Program-made: the position numbers and the translations under genes
The notes under the pieces: generated by a model
Databases searched by the model: none
What the model saw: the letters and a program-made list of their open reading frames with translations, nothing else
Told to the model about the DNA's origin: nothing
From: a virus
IMG/VR virus record: IMGVR_UViG_3300011271_000005
Span: 1-57,460 of that record
Direction: 5' to 3' (one strand)
Length of the DNA: 57,460 bases
In this document: positions 34,921-42,725 of the stretch, piece by piece
Numbering within the stretch: position 1 is the first letter of the stretch
Layout: each line of letters opens with the position of its first letter

Positions 34921-37224
34921 ATGGGCGGGGCATATATGAATAATTTTGATAATATTCCGATGGAAATGCGGGAGTATAAACAGTGGTGTGTTTGGAAGTA
35001 TATAGATAAAGGTAGACCAAAATTAGATAAGGTTCCATATAAAGCAGATGGATATCCACTGTCGCCAACTGATCCTAGTGATTGGATGACATGGGCTCAG
35101 GTGATGACGCTCGCTCCGATGTATGATGGCATCGGATTTATATTTCATTCGTCATGTCCATTTGCATTTATAGATTTAGATAATGCTGATGGCGATCTTG
35201 ATATGCAGAAGCTTCAAATTAAAATATTTAAAGAATTTGATAGCTATTCTGAATATAGTCCGTCTGGTAAAGGATTGCACATTATTATCAAAGGATCAAT
35301 TCCAGAAGGTAAAAATTACGGTGGAGTAGAACTTTATTCTAATGGTCGTTTTGGTACTATGACTGGCAATGTATTTGCTAATAAACCTATTGTAGAACGT
35401 CATAATCTATTAAATCAATTATACAATCAATTGAATGAAAAATTTGGTCGTCTCAATAACAATTCTAATTTTAATGTTCCTGATATTGAAGAAACTCAAA
35501 CTGATGAAACATTATTAGAATTAGCATTTAAACATAACTCAGAAAAATTTATTCCGTTATCATTAGGAGAATGGCAAGGAAAATATCCTTCACAATCTGA
35601 AGCTGATCAGGCTTATATGAATATTATTGCTGCTTATACTGATAACAGAAATCAAGTTATTCGCATATATTCAAAGTCAAAATTAGCTAAAACTGATAAA
35701 AAGCGTACAACACAGTATTATTTAAATAAAACAGTCAATACAGCTTTCGATCAAAAGATTCCTGATATAGTTTTTAATGGATATGAAAAATATTCTGGTC
35801 CCGTAGCTCAGCGGTCAGAGCCAATCGCTCATAACGGTTTGGTCGCAGGTTCAAATCCTGTCGGGACTACCAACACTCAAGATGCTATAATTCCTCCATT
35901 TGGTTTATTAGGTGAAATAGCTCAATTTATTTATAGCGCAGCACCTAGACAAATACCTGAAATAGCTATTGGGGGAGCTATAGGTTTAATGGCTGGTATT
36001 TGTGGACGTGCATTTAATATTAATGGAACAGGTTTGAATCAATATGTTCTATGTCTAGCAACAACAGGTATGGGAAAAGAAGCAGCGGCTTCAGGTATAG
36101 ATAAAATCATAAATGAAGTTCAAAAGCAGATTCCTGTTGCTTCTGAATTTATTGGACCTAGTGAAATTGCATCAGGACAGGCATTAATAAAATATGTATC
36201 AAATAAATCTCAATCATTTGTTTCTATCATTGGTGAATTTGGTATTAGATTACAAATTATGTCTGACTTACGGGCAAATAGCTCAGAAAGAACATTACGT
36301 AAAGTATTATTACAACTTTATCAAAAATCTGGTCATGATGATGTTCTTAGATCATCAGCTTATGCTGATAAAGAAAAAAATACTAATGATGTCTCAGCAC
36401 CAGCATTTTCAATTCTCGCTGAAAGCACTCCTGAAACTGTTTATGAAACAGCTAATGAAAATATGATAACTGATGGTTTATTACCTAGGTTTATTATTTT
36501 AGAGTATAAAGGTAAGCGTCAATATCTAAATAAAAATCATTACAATATCAGACCATCAAAAAATCTTGTAGATAATATTGCTGATTTGATGGCTAAAGCT
36601 AAAATGCTAATGGCTAAAAGAGAAGTTATTCAGATAAAGTTGGATGAAGAAGTTATTAAATTGTTTACTAATTATGATAAAGAAACAACAGATGATATGA
36701 ATTTAAAAGATGCTCATAAAGCTATTAAAGAATTATGGAACAGAGCCGATTTAAAAGTGCTTAAGCTAGCTGGACTTGTAGCAATAGGTATTAATATGAA
36801 TGATCCTGTTGTAACAAAGTATGAATTTGATTGGGCGCGTAATATTATAGAAAGTGGTATTCATGCTCTTTCAAAGAAGTTTGAAAGCGGTGAAGTTGGC
36901 ATTAATAGTAATGAACTTAAACAAGTAGAAGAATTGACACGCATTCTTAAAGAATATGTGGAAAAAGATTTTCAATATGTTTCTAAATATAAAGCAACAC
37001 AATCTTTACATATTTCTAAAATTATATGCAATACTTATCTTAGTTTAAGATTAACTAAAATGGCTGCATTTAGAAATGATAAAGTTGGTGGGACTAACGC
37101 TTTGAAAAGAACAATACAAATTATGATAGATAACGGTATTCTTAAATTAGCTGGAGGTTTAGATTTTCAAAATAGACATAAAATTACTGGTAAAGCTTAT
37201 TATATAAATATAAATAGCATTTAG
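34921..37224 (+). CDS. Primase-polymerase (AEP/PrimPol N-terminal domain) fused to a P-loop helicase-like C-terminal domain; contains an in-frame tRNA
   Basis: YKQWCVWKY...KVPYKADG...DWMTWAQV...GIGFIF...FIDLDNADGD...GKGLHIII is PrimPol-like. The C-terminal half has LATTGMGKEAA (Walker A-like). The single 767-codon frame is open through 35797..35872. Confidence 0.75.
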   Translation: MGGAYMNNFDNIPMEMREYKQWCVWKYIDKGRPKLDKVPYKADGYPLSPTDPSDWMTWAQVMTLAPMYDGIGFIFHSSCPFAFIDLDNADGDLDMQKLQIKIFKEFDSYSEYSPSGKGLHIIIKGSIPEGKNYGGVELYSNGRFGTMTGNVFANKPIVERHNLLNQLYNQLNEKFGRLNNNSNFNVPDIEETQTDETLLELAFKHNSEKFIPLSLGEWQGKYPSQSEADQAYMNIIAAYTDNRNQVIRIYSKSKLAKTDKKRTTQYYLNKTVNTAFDQKIPDIVFNGYEKYSGPVAQRSEPIAHNGLVAGSNPVGTTNTQDAIIPPFGLLGEIAQFIYSAAPRQIPEIAIGGAIGLMAGICGRAFNINGTGLNQYVLCLATTGMGKEAAASGIDKIINEVQKQIPVASEFIGPSEIASGQALIKYVSNKSQSFVSIIGEFGIRLQIMSDLRANSSERTLRKVLLQLYQKSGHDDVLRSSAYADKEKNTNDVSAPAFSILAESTPETVYETANENMITDGLLPRFIILEYKGKRQYLNKNHYNIRPSKNLVDNIADLMAKAKMLMAKREVIQIKLDEEVIKLFTNYDKETTDDMNLKDAHKAIKELWNRADLKVLKLAGLVAIGINMNDPVVTKYEFDWARNIIESGIHALSKKFESGEVGINSNELKQVEELTRILKEYVEKDFQYVSKYKATQSLHISKIICNTYLSLRLTKMAAFRNDKVGGTNALKRTIQIMIDNGILKLAGGLDFQNRHKITGKAYYININSI
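35797..35872 (+). tRNA. tRNA with CAU anticodon (elongator Met or Ile2 type), CCA encoded
   Basis: Hand-folded cloverleaf. The acceptor stem is ggtcccg/cgggact and the D arm is gctc-agcggtca-gagc. The anticodon arm is aatcg-ctCATaa-cggtt and the T arm is gcagg-ttcaaat-cctgt. The discriminator is A, followed by CCA. There is no 3xGC initiator signature. Confidence 0.85.
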
Positions 37225-37493
37225 GATGGTTAGTACGTTCAAGGCGCTTCGTAGTATGGTACTAAGTATTTGAAATCTATATACTATTGGCAAAAAAGTA
37301 TGCTTAGGAATAGTATGCCTCTAAAATACACATACATACACCCCCCTCCCCCCTCCCCCTCCCCCCCCTAATATTTAATTCTTCTATACTATACATACTA
37401 TTATATTATATATAAGAGAAACAAAGACTTAGCTAACCTAAGACCTAAACTAAAGTGGACTATGGAACCTAAACATAAAAATGGAGGTTGAAA
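37225..37493. other. Non-coding region with short AGTATG/ATAC(T/A) repeats flanking a C-tract; origin or packaging-site candidate
   Basis: AGTATG(G/C) occurs at 37253, 37297 and 37312. catacataca and tatactatacatactat flank the tract. An AT-only stretch spans 37369..37415. No ORF is present. Confidence 0.35.
37341..37368. repeat. Polypyrimidine C-tract C6-T-C6-T-C5-T-C8 (minus strand G8-A-G5-A-G6-A-G6)
   Basis: Read directly as cccccctcccccctccccctcccccccc. Its four C/G runs with 1-nt loops fit the G-quadruplex / i-motif rule. Confidence 0.9.
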
Positions 37494-37577
37494 ATGTCAA
37501 AAGTTTATGATAGAATGTGTGCAGTTAAGCCAGAAATTCGTGATATCTTGTGGGCATATAAAAAAGCAATAATTTAA
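37494..37577 (+). CDS. Small ORF (27 aa), possibly extended by a -1 shift at an A6 run
   Basis: SD ggagg. The sequence is MSKVYDRMCAVKPEIRDILWAYKKAII. The -1 frame is open from 37562 to TGA 37658-37660. Confidence 0.3.
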   Translation: MSKVYDRMCAVKPEIRDILWAYKKAII

Positions 37578-37656
37578 ATAGAGCTATTGACGAAATTGGG
37601 CAACTGCTAGATGATGTTTTGGATTATGCTATATATTTTGATACAAAGGATATCAA

Positions 37657-37857
37657 ATGAATAACCTAATTCACCGTTCATGTTCTAATTGTATTTATTG
37701 GCATGATGTTAAAGTTATTAGAAATGGATTGGTTGAAGCTATATGTGAAAAAGAAGAACTTAAATATACTCAAGGCAGCAATAAGTGTGGGCAATGGAAG
37801 AAGTTGAAATATTATTATAGTATAATATATGATGAAATGGAAAAGGATTATAGATGA
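37657..37857 (+). CDS. Cys-rich small protein (66 aa)
   Basis: Track ORF containing CSNCIYW...C...CGQW. Confidence 0.5.
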   Translation: MNNLIHRSCSNCIYWHDVKVIRNGLVEAICEKEELKYTQGSNKCGQWKKLKYYYSIIYDEMEKDYR

Positions 37858-38072
37858 AAAAACCATTATCAAATAATCGTTTAAACTGGCGTGATCCAAA
37901 CATGCCGGTGCTGCGATATGGAAAAGTAAATGGAGTTATAGGTACTCATGAAGTTAGTGTTAGCGATATAACGAATTATTATAAGGCTAAGTTAGAACAA
38001 GTTGGTTGGCAAATGCCTGATTGGTGTGAGGATGAGACCTACGATCTTCGTTCTGTTCGCCGTAGAAGGTAG
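37854..38072 (+). CDS. Hypothetical protein (72 aa)
   Basis: Track ORF with an ATGA overlap. Confidence 0.5.
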   Translation: MKKPLSNNRLNWRDPNMPVLRYGKVNGVIGTHEVSVSDITNYYKAKLEQVGWQMPDWCEDETYDLRSVRRRR

Positions 38073-38259
38073 CTAGGATTAAATAGGAGATTCGTTGGTG
38101 CGTCTAATTCGATTTTGGCTATCCTATCCTACCTCAGATTTTGATTAGCTCCTTGAGCTGGACAAATAGTGAACAAACAAAATGCGATTTATTTTAAAAT
38201 AATTCTTGATATAGTGGAAATAACATATAGATTAGTATCATCAGATAGGAGATAGCGAA

Positions 38260-38415
38260 ATGAATGATCAAGATATTATAGTTAAAGAAGATATGCACGC
38301 TCCGTATGAATGGTATATTGCTACGATTGGCGATTATGATCTTGATTGCAGTTATGGTTCCGGTCGTACACCATTGGCAGCAATTGTGGATTTGCTTGAT
38401 CAAATTGAGGATTGA
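38260..38415 (+). CDS. Hypothetical protein (51 aa)
   Basis: SD aggag is followed by ATG 38260. It is co-oriented with the operon and is preferred over the antisense track ORF 38194..38457. Confidence 0.45.
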   Translation: MNDQDIIVKEDMHAPYEWYIATIGDYDLDCSYGSGRTPLAAIVDLLDQIED

Positions 38416-38501
38416 CTTTCTCGAAAATCGTCGGTACGCCGCGCATACATGCCGCACTGCACAAAACTGCGCTAGCTCTTTTTAATTTGTAAAAATTAGA
38501 C

Positions 38502-38530
38502 TTGACTTTCTCATTTTCTCAGATTATCTA
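38502..38530 (+). promoter_or_regulatory. Sigma70-type promoter
   Basis: TTGACT, a 17-nt spacer, then TATCTA. Confidence 0.45.
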
Positions 38531-38560
38531 ATCTTTACAAATTAATTAAGGATTATGTAA

Positions 38561-38800
38561 ATGATTGAGTTTTTTGATAAATCAGTCGAAACGTTTGAAA
38601 GTTCTACTAAATTAAAACAAATTAAACAAATCGATAAACGTTGGGAAACTACTGAAATTGGGCGATCTTTTTCTATTCCTATAAATAAAGCTAATCTGGC
38701 TCAATTGCGTCATAAATGCTGGGCTGTAAAAAAGAAATCAGGAAAGCATTTTAGAGCAGTACAGCATGAAAATTGTTATGAAATAGGGAGATTAAAATAA
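38561..38800 (+). CDS. Hypothetical protein (79 aa)
   Basis: Track ORF. Confidence 0.5.
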   Translation: MIEFFDKSVETFESSTKLKQIKQIDKRWETTEIGRSFSIPINKANLAQLRHKCWAVKKKSGKHFRAVQHENCYEIGRLK

Positions 38801-38801
38801 A

Positions 38802-38963
38802 ATGGTAGTCGTTAATCGCCGTCCAGTTAAGCCTTTTTATCAGGAACGTTTAGCTGTTGAGGATATCAATTTGATTATTAACGCTTTGGAAGGTAAGCTA
38901 TTGGATTGTAGTAATACTAGGCTTCAAATGCTTATTGAGAAGTTAAAAAGGATGATAAAATGA
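38802..38963 (+). CDS. Hypothetical protein (53 aa)
   Basis: The ATG lies 1 nt after the upstream stop. Its stop overlaps the next ATG (ATGA). Confidence 0.4.
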   Translation: MVVVNRRPVKPFYQERLAVEDINLIINALEGKLLDCSNTRLQMLIEKLKRMIK

Positions 38964-39145
38964 TAGGATTTATGTATTGTGAAGTATATAAATATGAAAC
39001 TTTTGCTATGGCTGAAGATGGTAATATTTGGAGATTTTATTTTGATTATGGTCAAATACCATATATGCAGAAATGTATTGGAAATGAACCAGAGTTCGTA
39101 ACTATTTTTGCTTTATTGCGAGCTAAAATGAATTTGTATCGTTAA
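38960..39145 (+). CDS. Hypothetical protein (61 aa)
   Basis: Track ORF. Confidence 0.5.
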   Translation: MIGFMYCEVYKYETFAMAEDGNIWRFYFDYGQIPYMQKCIGNEPEFVTIFALLRAKMNLYR

Positions 39146-39156
39146 AGGATGATGAG

Positions 39157-39321
39157 ATGATTAATGATGCTGCTTTGCTATTGATTTTAAGTAATCAGGC
39201 TGTTATACTACAAGCTCTTAGGTTTGTTATTAAAGATAACGAAAATGTGCAAGTTTTGCTTAATAAAACTTGTGAAAATACAGAAAGATTTATAGAAACC
39301 AATATTGACAAGTCAGAATAA
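39157..39321 (+). CDS. Hypothetical protein (54 aa)
   Basis: ATG 39157 is preceded by aaagga. It is below the track cutoff. Confidence 0.4.
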   Translation: MINDAALLLILSNQAVILQALRFVIKDNENVQVLLNKTCENTERFIETNIDKSE

Positions 39322-39332
39322 CCGTCTATATT
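39305..39332 (+). promoter_or_regulatory. Sigma70-type promoter (CGTC-TATA subclass)
   Basis: TTGACA, a 16-nt spacer ending in ccgtc, then TATATT. Confidence 0.6.
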
Positions 39333-39359
39333 GTGGATAACAGCTTTGGAGAAGGCAAA

Positions 39360-39557
39360 ATGAAAATCACTAATATCACTGTTCTAATTTCTACAGGAGT
39401 TGATAAGGTTTGCTTACATACAGATATTGCTGAACCTTGTTGGCCAAATAAAGGATTTTGTACACTTATGGCTTTTGCTCCACAAGAAGGTGGAGAGAAA
39501 TTCGCACGTGAAAACTTTCCTGATGTAGAAATTAAGGTAATGGATTTGCGAACATGA
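39360..39557 (+). CDS. Hypothetical protein (65 aa)
   Basis: ATG 39360 follows ggagaagg. The track start at 39333 would lie upstream of the predicted transcription start. Confidence 0.5.
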   Translation: MKITNITVLISTGVDKVCLHTDIAEPCWPNKGFCTLMAFAPQEGGEKFARENFPDVEIKVMDLRT

Positions 39558-39931
39558 TAGATATTGTCACTTATCAGTCGCAAAGTTGCCAGCGCGAAGA
39601 TTTAGAGTGGCTTGCTTACATTGTTCTCCCTAATGGCGAATATTGGGGAGTACGCTTTAATGGCGCTACTGAGGAAATCGCTAGGTTAAAAGCGATGGCT
39701 CGGTGGAATAAAGAACGAGAGAAGAATAAGCATCATGATCTTGTTCCTGCATTATTAAATAAGCAGCAAGAAAATGATCATTGGGCTGCTCTCATTGCTG
39801 CTCCTAGTCATCATTTCACTGGTAAAATATGGATGAGAAACGCTGAAGGTGAGCTTAAGCGTATAGCATTGACTGAAATTGAAATGTATGAGAAGAATGG
39901 ATATCGGCGTTCGAGACCGAGAAGTAAATAA
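39554..39931 (+). CDS. Hypothetical protein (125 aa)
   Basis: Track ORF with an ATGA overlap. Confidence 0.55.
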   Translation: MIDIVTYQSQSCQREDLEWLAYIVLPNGEYWGVRFNGATEEIARLKAMARWNKEREKNKHHDLVPALLNKQQENDHWAALIAAPSHHFTGKIWMRNAEGELKRIALTEIEMYEKNGYRRSRPRSK

Positions 39932-39955
39932 TTTAAAAATAATTGCATTTTGTTA

Positions 39956-39984
39956 TTGACTTGAATACTGTGAGCGTCTATAAT
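39956..39984 (+). promoter_or_regulatory. Sigma70-type promoter (CGTC-TATA subclass)
   Basis: TTGACT, a 17-nt spacer ending in gcgtc, then TATAAT. Confidence 0.65.
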
Positions 39985-40012
39985 TATGTTTATCAGCAAC
40001 TGAGATAGCAAA

Positions 40013-40225
40013 ATGAAACATCAGGCACTTAAGGACTTGGAAAAGATTGAGCGCAAGGCTTGGAATGTTAAGGCGAAAGGTTCTGAGGTTGACATGTGCT
40101 CGGTGTTTGGTCAGGAAGGAAAGCTTTATAAGGCATGGTGTAAGGCAGCGGATGATTGCAGGAGCTATCGCGAAGCTCATGGATTGTTGGGAATGAATTG
40201 GAAACAGATTGTTAACGCAGAATAA
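40013..40225 (+). CDS. Hypothetical protein (70 aa)
   Basis: Track ORF downstream of the promoter. Confidence 0.55.
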   Translation: MKHQALKDLEKIERKAWNVKAKGSEVDMCSVFGQEGKLYKAWCKAADDCRSYREAHGLLGMNWKQIVNAE

Positions 40226-40490
40226 AATAGAATTATGGCAGAGAGTGGCCTATTCGGCCACTTTTCTGCGTTCTATCGGTTGGCAAGATGCTGGTAAGAA
40301 ATGCTCTGCGCGCGGTGTTGTAATGAGCTTTGAAGATGACTTAGCTTTAATAAAATGGATCGATGGCTATAAAAGTTATGTGAATAAATTTAATTTAGTG
40401 AATATAGATCAGCGAGGTGGTTTACATGCTGATACAGAAAAGTCACAGATTTATGGATATAATGAAAGTTATAAAAGATATGACATATAA
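40209..40490 (+). CDS. Hypothetical protein; start uncertain (TTG 40209 or ATG 40320)
   Basis: Track ORF. The first in-frame ATG is at codon 38. Confidence 0.4.
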   Translation: MLTQNKIELWQRVAYSATFLRSIGWQDAGKKCSARGVVMSFEDDLALIKWIDGYKSYVNKFNLVNIDQRGGLHADTEKSQIYGYNESYKRYDI

Positions 40491-40501
40491 AGGAATATGA
40501 A

Positions 40502-40735
40502 ATGAGCACAAATCTTTATTGGAGACCAAATCAACCTGTTAAAAAGTATAATGCTGGTCCTGATGCTGGATTGAAATGGGCATTGGAAAAGCGATATGGT
40601 TTAGGTGTTAATATTAATATGACTGATAATCATCTTGAATATTTGCGTGGATTAGCTGATGCTGATGTTAAAGGTGCACAAGATTTGATAGATGCTATTG
40701 AAAAATATGATAAAATACAGGTATTTACAGAATGA
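40502..40735 (+). CDS. Hypothetical protein (77 aa)
   Basis: Track ORF with SD aagga. Confidence 0.55.
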   Translation: MSTNLYWRPNQPVKKYNAGPDAGLKWALEKRYGLGVNINMTDNHLEYLRGLADADVKGAQDLIDAIEKYDKIQVFTE

Positions 40736-40809
40736 ATCCTTGGTCATTAGCAATAGCAATATCAATTTGCTTGTGGATAATTATTTTTAAAATTGCTGGC
40801 ATTATATAG

Positions 40810-40838
40810 TTGACATGGATAATATAAGCGGTTATAAC
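40810..40838 (+). promoter_or_regulatory. Sigma70-type promoter
   Basis: TTGACA, a 17-nt spacer, then TATAAC. Confidence 0.55.
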
Positions 40839-40867
40839 ACTGATATCAACACAATGGAGAATGAAAA

Positions 40868-41200
40868 ATGAAATTAGATAAGATCAAGTTTGCCGTTTTG
40901 ATTAATTATATCGGTAGACAGTTTGCTATCACGCTTTCAAATGCTGAAATGCATGATATTGATGACATAATTGATATTGATGTTCCTGAAGCTAATTGTA
41001 CTAGTGGTGAGGATGTTAATCGTTTAATGGCTTTGATGACTGAAGGTACGCGTAAGATTGAAGCCATTAAGGTATACCGCAACATTACTAGTTGTGGCCT
41101 TAAGGAAAGTAAAGATGCTGTTGAGATGTATTGGGTGAATAAGCCTGCGTATAATGCAAATTATCATACTACTGATCGAAGCTTTTTACCATACAAATAA
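40868..41200 (+). CDS. Protein with a ribosomal L7/L12 C-terminal-domain-like segment
   Basis: KIEAIKVYRNITSCGLKESKDAVEMY parallels the L7/L12 CTD core (K..VIK.VR..TGLGLKEAKDLVE). Confidence 0.45.
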   Translation: MKLDKIKFAVLINYIGRQFAITLSNAEMHDIDDIIDIDVPEANCTSGEDVNRLMALMTEGTRKIEAIKVYRNITSCGLKESKDAVEMYWVNKPAYNANYHTTDRSFLPYK

Positions 41201-41208
41201 TAGCTATT

Positions 41209-41238
41209 GACAACCTAGCTTTAACCGGCTAGGTTGTC
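41209..41238. promoter_or_regulatory. Perfect 11-bp inverted repeat overlapping a TTGACA hexamer (operator or RNA hairpin)
   Basis: Arms gacaacctagc and gctaggttgtc are separated by 8 nt. TTGACA lies at 41207..41212. Confidence 0.45.
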
Positions 41239-41241
41239 GAT

Positions 41242-41334
41242 GACTACCGGACAACAATTACCTGTATCGGGCCTAGCTGTCGAGTGCCATAGAATTTAAG
41301 GATCGCGCCTTAAATGTCAGACAGACGGTAGTTT
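41242..41334 (+). other. GC-enriched structured untranslated element (possible leader or small RNA)
   Basis: The closing stem pairs actaccg (41243) with cggtagt (41326) and is followed by TTTT. An inner 8-bp hairpin forms from atttaagg/ccttaaat (41294..41315). It contains ACCGGACA, the complement of the TGTCCGGT repeats upstream of the MCP. Confidence 0.3.
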
Positions 41335-41355
41335 TCAACTGTTGGAGAACAGATT

Positions 41356-41523
41356 ATGACTAAATCCCAAATGTTTCTAGAAGCTCATAAGCAAGCCAAG
41401 ATCGATCAAAAGCGATTTGGTGGTGATTATCGCCGTCGCTTTGGTAATGCTTTGTGCGGTTTTTATGCGATTAGTGGTGGCTTTCGTGGTATTGATATTG
41501 TTGATGGGAGGATTTGGGCATGA
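41356..41523 (+). CDS. Hypothetical protein (55 aa)
   Basis: SD ggaga is followed by ATG 41356. It is below the track cutoff. Confidence 0.4.
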   Translation: MTKSQMFLEAHKQAKIDQKRFGGDYRRRFGNALCGFYAISGGFRGIDIVDGRIWA

Positions 41524-41602
41524 ATAAATCTGAAATGGCTTTTGAATTCATTAGCGTGCTATTTATCATCATTATTTGGTCCTCTTATTGGGTGGTGTTG
41601 CT

Positions 41603-41782
41603 ATGAATAAGGAAGAAAAAGAATTGTTGTTAAGTGTCGCGCGAATTTTACGTTCGCATATGTCAGATCATTATAATGCTGATTTTAAATATTTGCATGA
41701 TGACTTAAAAATGTTACAACTGGTTTTAGAGCCTTTTGAAAGTAATATTGTTGATTTACATCCTAATGGTGAAAAACGATGA
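41603..41782 (+). CDS. Hypothetical protein (59 aa)
   Basis: This uses the internal ATG (MNKEEKELL) of track ORF 41576..41782, coupled to an upstream micro-ORF. Confidence 0.45.
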   Translation: MNKEEKELLLSVARILRSHMSDHYNADFKYLHDDLKMLQLVLEPFESNIVDLHPNGEKR

Positions 41783-42006
41783 AACTTCGTATTCAAGCAC
41801 AATACATGCAAATTGGTGATATTGTGGGCAGTGGTGAAAAGGTTGTGGATATTGTTAGAGTTAGCATTCATTTTCCTAGTTCTAAAATCATGGTGACGCT
41901 AAACAATGATGTTCGCAATAGAACTAGTTATTGGAATAAATACACAACTGTTAGTGTTGATCGTGAGGATTTGCCGAAAGCTAATAATGCATCATATTAT
42001 AGTTAG
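41779..42006 (+). CDS. Hypothetical protein (75 aa)
   Basis: Track ORF with an ATGA overlap. Confidence 0.5.
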   Translation: MKLRIQAQYMQIGDIVGSGEKVVDIVRVSIHFPSSKIMVTLNNDVRNRTSYWNKYTTVSVDREDLPKANNASYYS

Positions 42007-42015
42007 GAATGAATT

Positions 42016-42267
42016 ATGAAGATTATATCTAAAACTTGGCGAGATGAAATGCCTTTTGAAACTATTAAAGATGCTGTACAGGATGCTTTAACTCCTGCTG
42101 CTTATAGTTATGATGGTCAAATTGAAGGTCTTAATGCTAAGATTGAAAAGCTTCAAGAAATGGTTGCAACTTTAATTGATTGCTTGTATGGTGAGGCTCA
42201 ATATAGAAGTCCTAAGGCTGATCAACTTAGAGATATTCTTGGTTACGGATATGAGGTAGAAGAATGA
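42016..42267 (+). CDS. Hypothetical protein (83 aa)
   Basis: Track ORF with SD agga. Confidence 0.5.
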   Translation: MKIISKTWRDEMPFETIKDAVQDALTPAAYSYDGQIEGLNAKIEKLQEMVATLIDCLYGEAQYRSPKADQLRDILGYGYEVEE

Positions 42268-42443
42268 CAAATGATGAAAAGTTAATCATATTAGCGACAG
42301 CTAGAGAGTTAGGTTTTGCTTATAGCAATGATGGAAAGCTGACTTGTACATTAGATCAGCTTTGTGCATTTAGCGTTAATGTGGCTGCTTCAACAACAGA
42401 ACAAATCATAGAAGCTTTTAGTGGGGTAAAAAATGACAAATGA
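42264..42443 (+). CDS. Hypothetical protein (59 aa)
   Basis: ATGA overlap with the upstream gene. It shares its first 16 nt with the next gene. Confidence 0.4.
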   Translation: MTNDEKLIILATARELGFAYSNDGKLTCTLDQLCAFSVNVAASTTEQIIEAFSGVKNDK

Positions 42444-42621
42444 TGAAATCAATCAATTGTTACAAGATATCGAAGTTAAATGTAATGATGCTATTGATAA
42501 ACTTATACCATTGAGGCAAGCTAGCACTAATGGTAGAAAATATAAGCTAGGATATGTGATTAAGAAGTTAGAAATTATTATTGGCGCTTGTCATAGAGGA
42601 ATGGATAAGATAAATGATTAA
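42433..42621 (+). CDS. Hypothetical protein (62 aa)
   Basis: Track ORF. Confidence 0.5.
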   Translation: MTNDEINQLLQDIEVKCNDAIDKLIPLRQASTNGRKYKLGYVIKKLEIIIGACHRGMDKIND

Positions 42622-42725
42622 TAAAATAGATTTACTTATAATTATAGTTGGATTAGTTTGGATACCATTAGTTATTATTTCTTATCAATTAACTAAAATT
42701 GAAAAATAATTACAAAAAATATTGC

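Noticed and set aside
35797-35872. The tRNA(CAU) as an attP / integration-site remnant.
   Set aside because: It is a full-length, well-paired tRNA with an encoded CCA rather than a 3' fragment. No integrase-like gene is present anywhere in the genome.
38194-38457. Minus-strand 87-aa ORF.
   Set aside because: It is opposite to the operon direction and has no SD. The + strand has a 51-codon ORF (38260..38415) with an aggag SD that fits the operon.
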